Source of the DNA: Actinomycetales bacterium
Lineage (GTDB): Bacteria > Actinomycetota > Actinomycetes > Actinomycetales > CAVURS01
DNA length: 61,843 nucleotides
Direction of reading: 5' to 3'
Assembly (NCBI GenBank): GCA_045807245.1
Contig: JBJMHS010000036.1
Span: forward strand, 64,303 to 126,145
Of the stretch, positions 58,717 to 61,843 are shown one piece after another (the first letter of the stretch is position 1; each line of letters opens with the position of its first letter). Both the position numbers and the translations under genes were made by a program. The notes below the pieces were generated by a model. It ran no database searches. It saw nothing but the letters and a program-made list of their open reading frames with translations, and was not told the origin of the DNA.

Positions 58717-59777
58717 CCAGGCGCCAGGTCCACCTCCTCTTCCCCGCCGGGTACGACGACCCGCAGCGGCCGAGCGGCGGCAACGTGTACGACGGTCATG
58801 TTCGCGACGGGTTGGCCGCCCTGGGTTGGACCGTTGTCGACCAGCAAGTGTCTGGCGCCTGGCCGGCACCCGAACGATCGATCGAGTCCGAGGTTCAACG
58901 GCAGCTTGCGCTCGTCCCGGACGGCGGTCTGGCCCTGTTCGACGGGCTGCTCGGCTCGGCGGAGATGGCATTGCTGCGGCACGCCCGCCGCCTCCGCTTG
59001 GTAGCGCTGGTGCACATGCCTGGACCTCCTGGCGGGCCGCCTCCGGCGGTGCTGACCGCCCTTCGGATGGTGATCACGACCAGCAGCTGGACCGCTTCGA
59101 TGCTGGCCGAGGAGTCGGGCCTGGACCCCACCGCCATCGTCATCGCGACGCCAGGGGCCGACCCGGCCGAGGTCGCCTCCGGTACGCCGTCCGGTGGGTC
59201 GCTGCTGTGCGTGGCACCGGTCGTCCCCGCAAAGGGGTACGACGTCCTTTTCCAGGCTCTGGCCGGGCTGGACGACGCCGCCGGCTCGTCAGCTCGGACG
59301 GCCTGGTCGTGCACCTGCGTCGGGGCGCTGGACAGCGACCCCGACTTCGTCCGTCAGCAGCGGCAGCTCCTGGCCGGACGCGCCATCGAGCAACACGTGC
59401 ACTTCGCCGGCGTGCGGACCGGCGCCGACCTGGACCGGTGCTACGGCGAGGCGGACCTGCTCGTCCTGCCGACCCGGCTGGAGAGCTACGGCATGGTCGT
59501 GACGGAGGCGCTGGCGCGCGGCCTGCCGGTCGTCGCCAGCGCGGTCGGGGGCCTGCCCGAAGCGCTCGGCCGGGCGGCGGACGGGAAGCCGCCCGGCATC
59601 CTGGTCCCGGCGCAGGACCCCGACGCGTTGCGGGCAGCGCTCACGAGGTGGCTGACCGAACCGGACCTGCGGACGGCCCTGCGCACCCGCGCCCGGGACC
59701 GTCGCAGGAGACTCCCGGGATGGGACCGAACGGTCGCGTCAATCTCCTCCGCGCTGGCGCGGGTGCTCGATGGGTGA
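58713..59777 (+). CDS. GT4 glycosyltransferase
   Basis: [34 protein letters not shown]. Confidence 0.9.
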   Translation: MTRRQVHLLFPAGYDDPQRPSGGNVYDGHVRDGLAALGWTVVDQQVSGAWPAPERSIESEVQRQLALVPDGGLALFDGLLGSAEMALLRHARRLRLVALVHMPGPPGGPPPAVLTALRMVITTSSWTASMLAEESGLDPTAIVIATPGADPAEVASGTPSGGSLLCVAPVVPAKGYDVLFQALAGLDDAAGSSARTAWSCTCVGALDSDPDFVRQQRQLLAGRAIEQHVHFAGVRTGADLDRCYGEADLLVLPTRLESYGMVVTEALARGLPVVASAVGGLPEALGRAADGKPPGILVPAQDPDALRAALTRWLTEPDLRTALRTRARDRRRRLPGWDRTVASISSALARVLDG

Positions 59778-59809
59778 ACCATGCCGGCCCGCCGTGCGTA
59801 AGCCTTGAT

Positions 59810-60841
59810 ATGCACCGGTGGACTGAGGCGCGCGCCACGTCGCCTGGACGTCTCTGGCCGTGGCTGCGCCTGGCCGCCGGGGTGCTGGTGCTCGCCTTCC
59901 TCGTCGTCCGTCTGGGCGCCGGGCCGTTCCTCGACGGAGTACGACGGGTCAGCCCGGCGTCGCTGGCCGCAGCCGCCCTGATCACCGCCGGGACCACGTC
60001 CCTGTCCGCGTGGCGCTGGCGGCTCATCGCCCGCGGGCTCGGCCTGGACATCCCTATGCGGACCGCGATCGCGTCGTACTACCGCTCGCAGCTGCTCAAC
60101 AGCACGCTCCCGAGCGGAGTCCTCGGCGATGTGCATCGCGGTGTGCGACACGGCCAGGAGTCCGGAGAGGTCGGGCTGGCCCTGCGCAGCGTGGTCTGGG
60201 ACCGGGCGGCCGGGCAGGTCGTTCAGGTCGCTCTCGCGACCGTCGTCCTGCTGGCCTGGCCGTCGCCGATCCGGCCCGCGATGGAGGTCGTCGGTGGCCT
60301 GGTCGTCGCGGTAGCCGTCGCCGTCGTCCTGGTGGCTCTCGCCGTACCGCACGAGGGACTCTCCTGGCCGGCCCGAGTCACGCAGACGATCCGCGCCGAC
60401 CTCCGCACCACGCTGCTGACCTGGGAGCGCGGGCCGGCCGTCGTGGCCGCGTCCGCCGCCGTCGTGGCCGGACACGTCACCGTCTTCCTGGTCGCTGCCG
60501 GCGCGGACAGCTGGACTTCGACGCGCGCACTGCTGCCACTCGCACTTATCGTGATGTTGTCGATGAGCGTCCCGACGAACATCGGTGGCTGGGGCCCGCG
60601 CGAAGGCGTTGCCGCGTGGGCGTTCGCAGCCGCTGGGCTCGGCGCGACGCAGGGTGTCGAGGTCGCCACCACGTACGGCGTGCTGAGCCTCGTGGCCACC
60701 CTGCCGGGCCTCATCGCTTTGTTCGTCCCGTCCGAGCCGGGGGCGGACACGACGCTGGCGACGGACGCAGGGCTTTCGGACGAGGACGAGGAGCAGCCAG
60801 TGCTGGTGGGTATCGGTCCGCGGGGCGCCGCTCATGGCTGA
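59810..60841 (+). CDS. Lysylphosphatidylglycerol-synthase TM-domain (flippase-like) protein
   Basis: AWRW, YYRSQLLN.TLP..VLGDVHR, DR, GGWGPREG; multi-TM. Confidence 0.88.
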   Translation: MHRWTEARATSPGRLWPWLRLAAGVLVLAFLVVRLGAGPFLDGVRRVSPASLAAAALITAGTTSLSAWRWRLIARGLGLDIPMRTAIASYYRSQLLNSTLPSGVLGDVHRGVRHGQESGEVGLALRSVVWDRAAGQVVQVALATVVLLAWPSPIRPAMEVVGGLVVAVAVAVVLVALAVPHEGLSWPARVTQTIRADLRTTLLTWERGPAVVAASAAVVAGHVTVFLVAAGADSWTSTRALLPLALIVMLSMSVPTNIGGWGPREGVAAWAFAAAGLGATQGVEVATTYGVLSLVATLPGLIALFVPSEPGADTTLATDAGLSDEDEEQPVLVGIGPRGAAHG

Positions 60842-61526
60842 CCGCCCCTACACCCTGCTGAGCTGCAGCATGTCGCTGGACGGGTACATCGGCAGCGGCA
60901 CGCCGTCCCGGCTGCTGTTGTCCAACGACGAGGACTTCGACCGGGTCGACGCGGTGCGCGCCGGTTGTGACGCGATCCTGGTCGGAGCAGGCACGGTCCG
61001 TGCGGACGACCCACGGCTGTCCGTGCGGTCCGGGGCCCGCCGGGCGGAACGAACCGCCCGCGGCCAGGCGCCGTCGCCGCTCAAGGTCACCGTGACGACG
61101 ACCGGGCGGCTCGACCCGGGCGCACAGATCTTCGCTGCCGAGGACGCCGACACGCTCGTCTACTGCCCTACGCCGGTCGCCGAGGACGTGCGCGGGCGGC
61201 TCGGCCGCCGCGCAGAGGTCGTGGAGCTCGGTCCCGAGGTGGATCTGACCGAGGTGAGCCAGGACCTGGGTGCGCGCGGCGTCAACCGGCTCATGGTCGA
61301 GGGCGGCGCGGCCGTCGCGACTCAGTTCCTGACCGGGGAGCTCGCCGACCAGCTCGACCTCGTCATCGCACCGCTGTTCGTGGGTGACCCGCGCGCCCAG
61401 CGGTTCGTCGAGAACGGACGCTTTCCCTGGTCCTCGCAGCGGCGGGCGACGCTGGCCGAGGTGCAACGGATCGGAGACGTCGCTCTCCTGCAGTACGCAC
61501 TGTCAGACCGGTTCGGAGCCTCATGA
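60834..61526 (+). CDS. RibD C-terminal-type pyrimidine reductase (RibD2)
   Basis: [36 protein letters not shown]; no deaminase domain. Confidence 0.9.
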   Translation: MADRPYTLLSCSMSLDGYIGSGTPSRLLLSNDEDFDRVDAVRAGCDAILVGAGTVRADDPRLSVRSGARRAERTARGQAPSPLKVTVTTTGRLDPGAQIFAAEDADTLVYCPTPVAEDVRGRLGRRAEVVELGPEVDLTEVSQDLGARGVNRLMVEGGAAVATQFLTGELADQLDLVIAPLFVGDPRAQRFVENGRFPWSSQRRATLAEVQRIGDVALLQYALSDRFGAS

Positions 61527-61843
61527 CCGTCAACGCAGTCCGCACCGCGACCATCCGCCGCGAGGTGGTCATCGACATGCGCCTGGGCGACCTGGTCACG
61601 CCGGCCCGGCTCGTGACGTTCCACGGACTGGCTGACGGCCGCGAGCATCTGGCCATCGGTCTCGCCGAGCCCGATCGGGTGCCGCTGGTCCGGTTGCACA
61701 GCGAGTGCCTCACCGGTGACGCGTTGGGCAGCGAGCGCTGCGACTGCGGACCGCAGCTGCGCGAGGCGGTCCAGCGGATCAGTGTCGTCGGGGGGTACCT
61801 GCTGTACCTGCGTCAGGAAGGCCGTGGCATCGGCCTGTACGAC
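61523..61843 (+). CDS. ribA: GTP cyclohydrolase II paralog (RibA2), 3'-truncated by the window edge
   Basis: ATG overlapping upstream [37 protein letters not shown]. Confidence 0.93.
   Translation, partial: MTVNAVRTATIRREVVIDMRLGDLVTPARLVTFHGLADGREHLAIGLAEPDRVPLVRLHSECLTGDALGSERCDCGPQLREAVQRISVVGGYLLYLRQEGRGIGLYD

Overview
High-GC actinobacterial chromosomal window, probably Micrococcales/Kineosporiales-like (taxon inferred from gene order only). About 4-41 kb is the conserved backbone known from M. tuberculosis Rv2199c-Rv2220 and Streptomyces: L,D-transpeptidase, ctaF-ctaD-ctaC, adenosine kinase, ErpA, glycerate kinase, DUF3043, cobT-like, gcvT, pepA, lpdA, sucB/dlaT, TIGR01777, lipB, lipA, DUF4191, RDD, and glnA with GlnR boxes. 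Inserts include xdhABC, aat, xylB, a DLH/DUF6295 pair and an LLM oxidoreductase. The first 4 kb is an IclR-linked catabolic operon (citryl-CoA-lyase-like enzyme plus an atypical LigB/LigA-type dioxygenase). After glnA lies a ~21 kb accessory region. It holds secreted orphans, a ~195-nt multi-stem candidate ncRNA, a GT1 glycosyltransferase, gene debris, a P450, a sialidase-like protein, a debranching-enzyme-like/GT4 pair and a helR gene broken by one TAG. At the right end is a GTP-derived pathway of unknown product (RibA2, RibD2, PTPS-IV, dehydrogenase, GT4, flippase-like protein), divergent from a fused CDP-alcohol phosphotransferase/LtaS-like protein. The best novel-system candidates are that cluster, read as a lipid-carried surface-modification pathway, and the structured RNA. 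I saw no rRNA, tRNA, CRISPR array, integrase or transposase. All family calls come from recognising motifs by eye; no searches were run.
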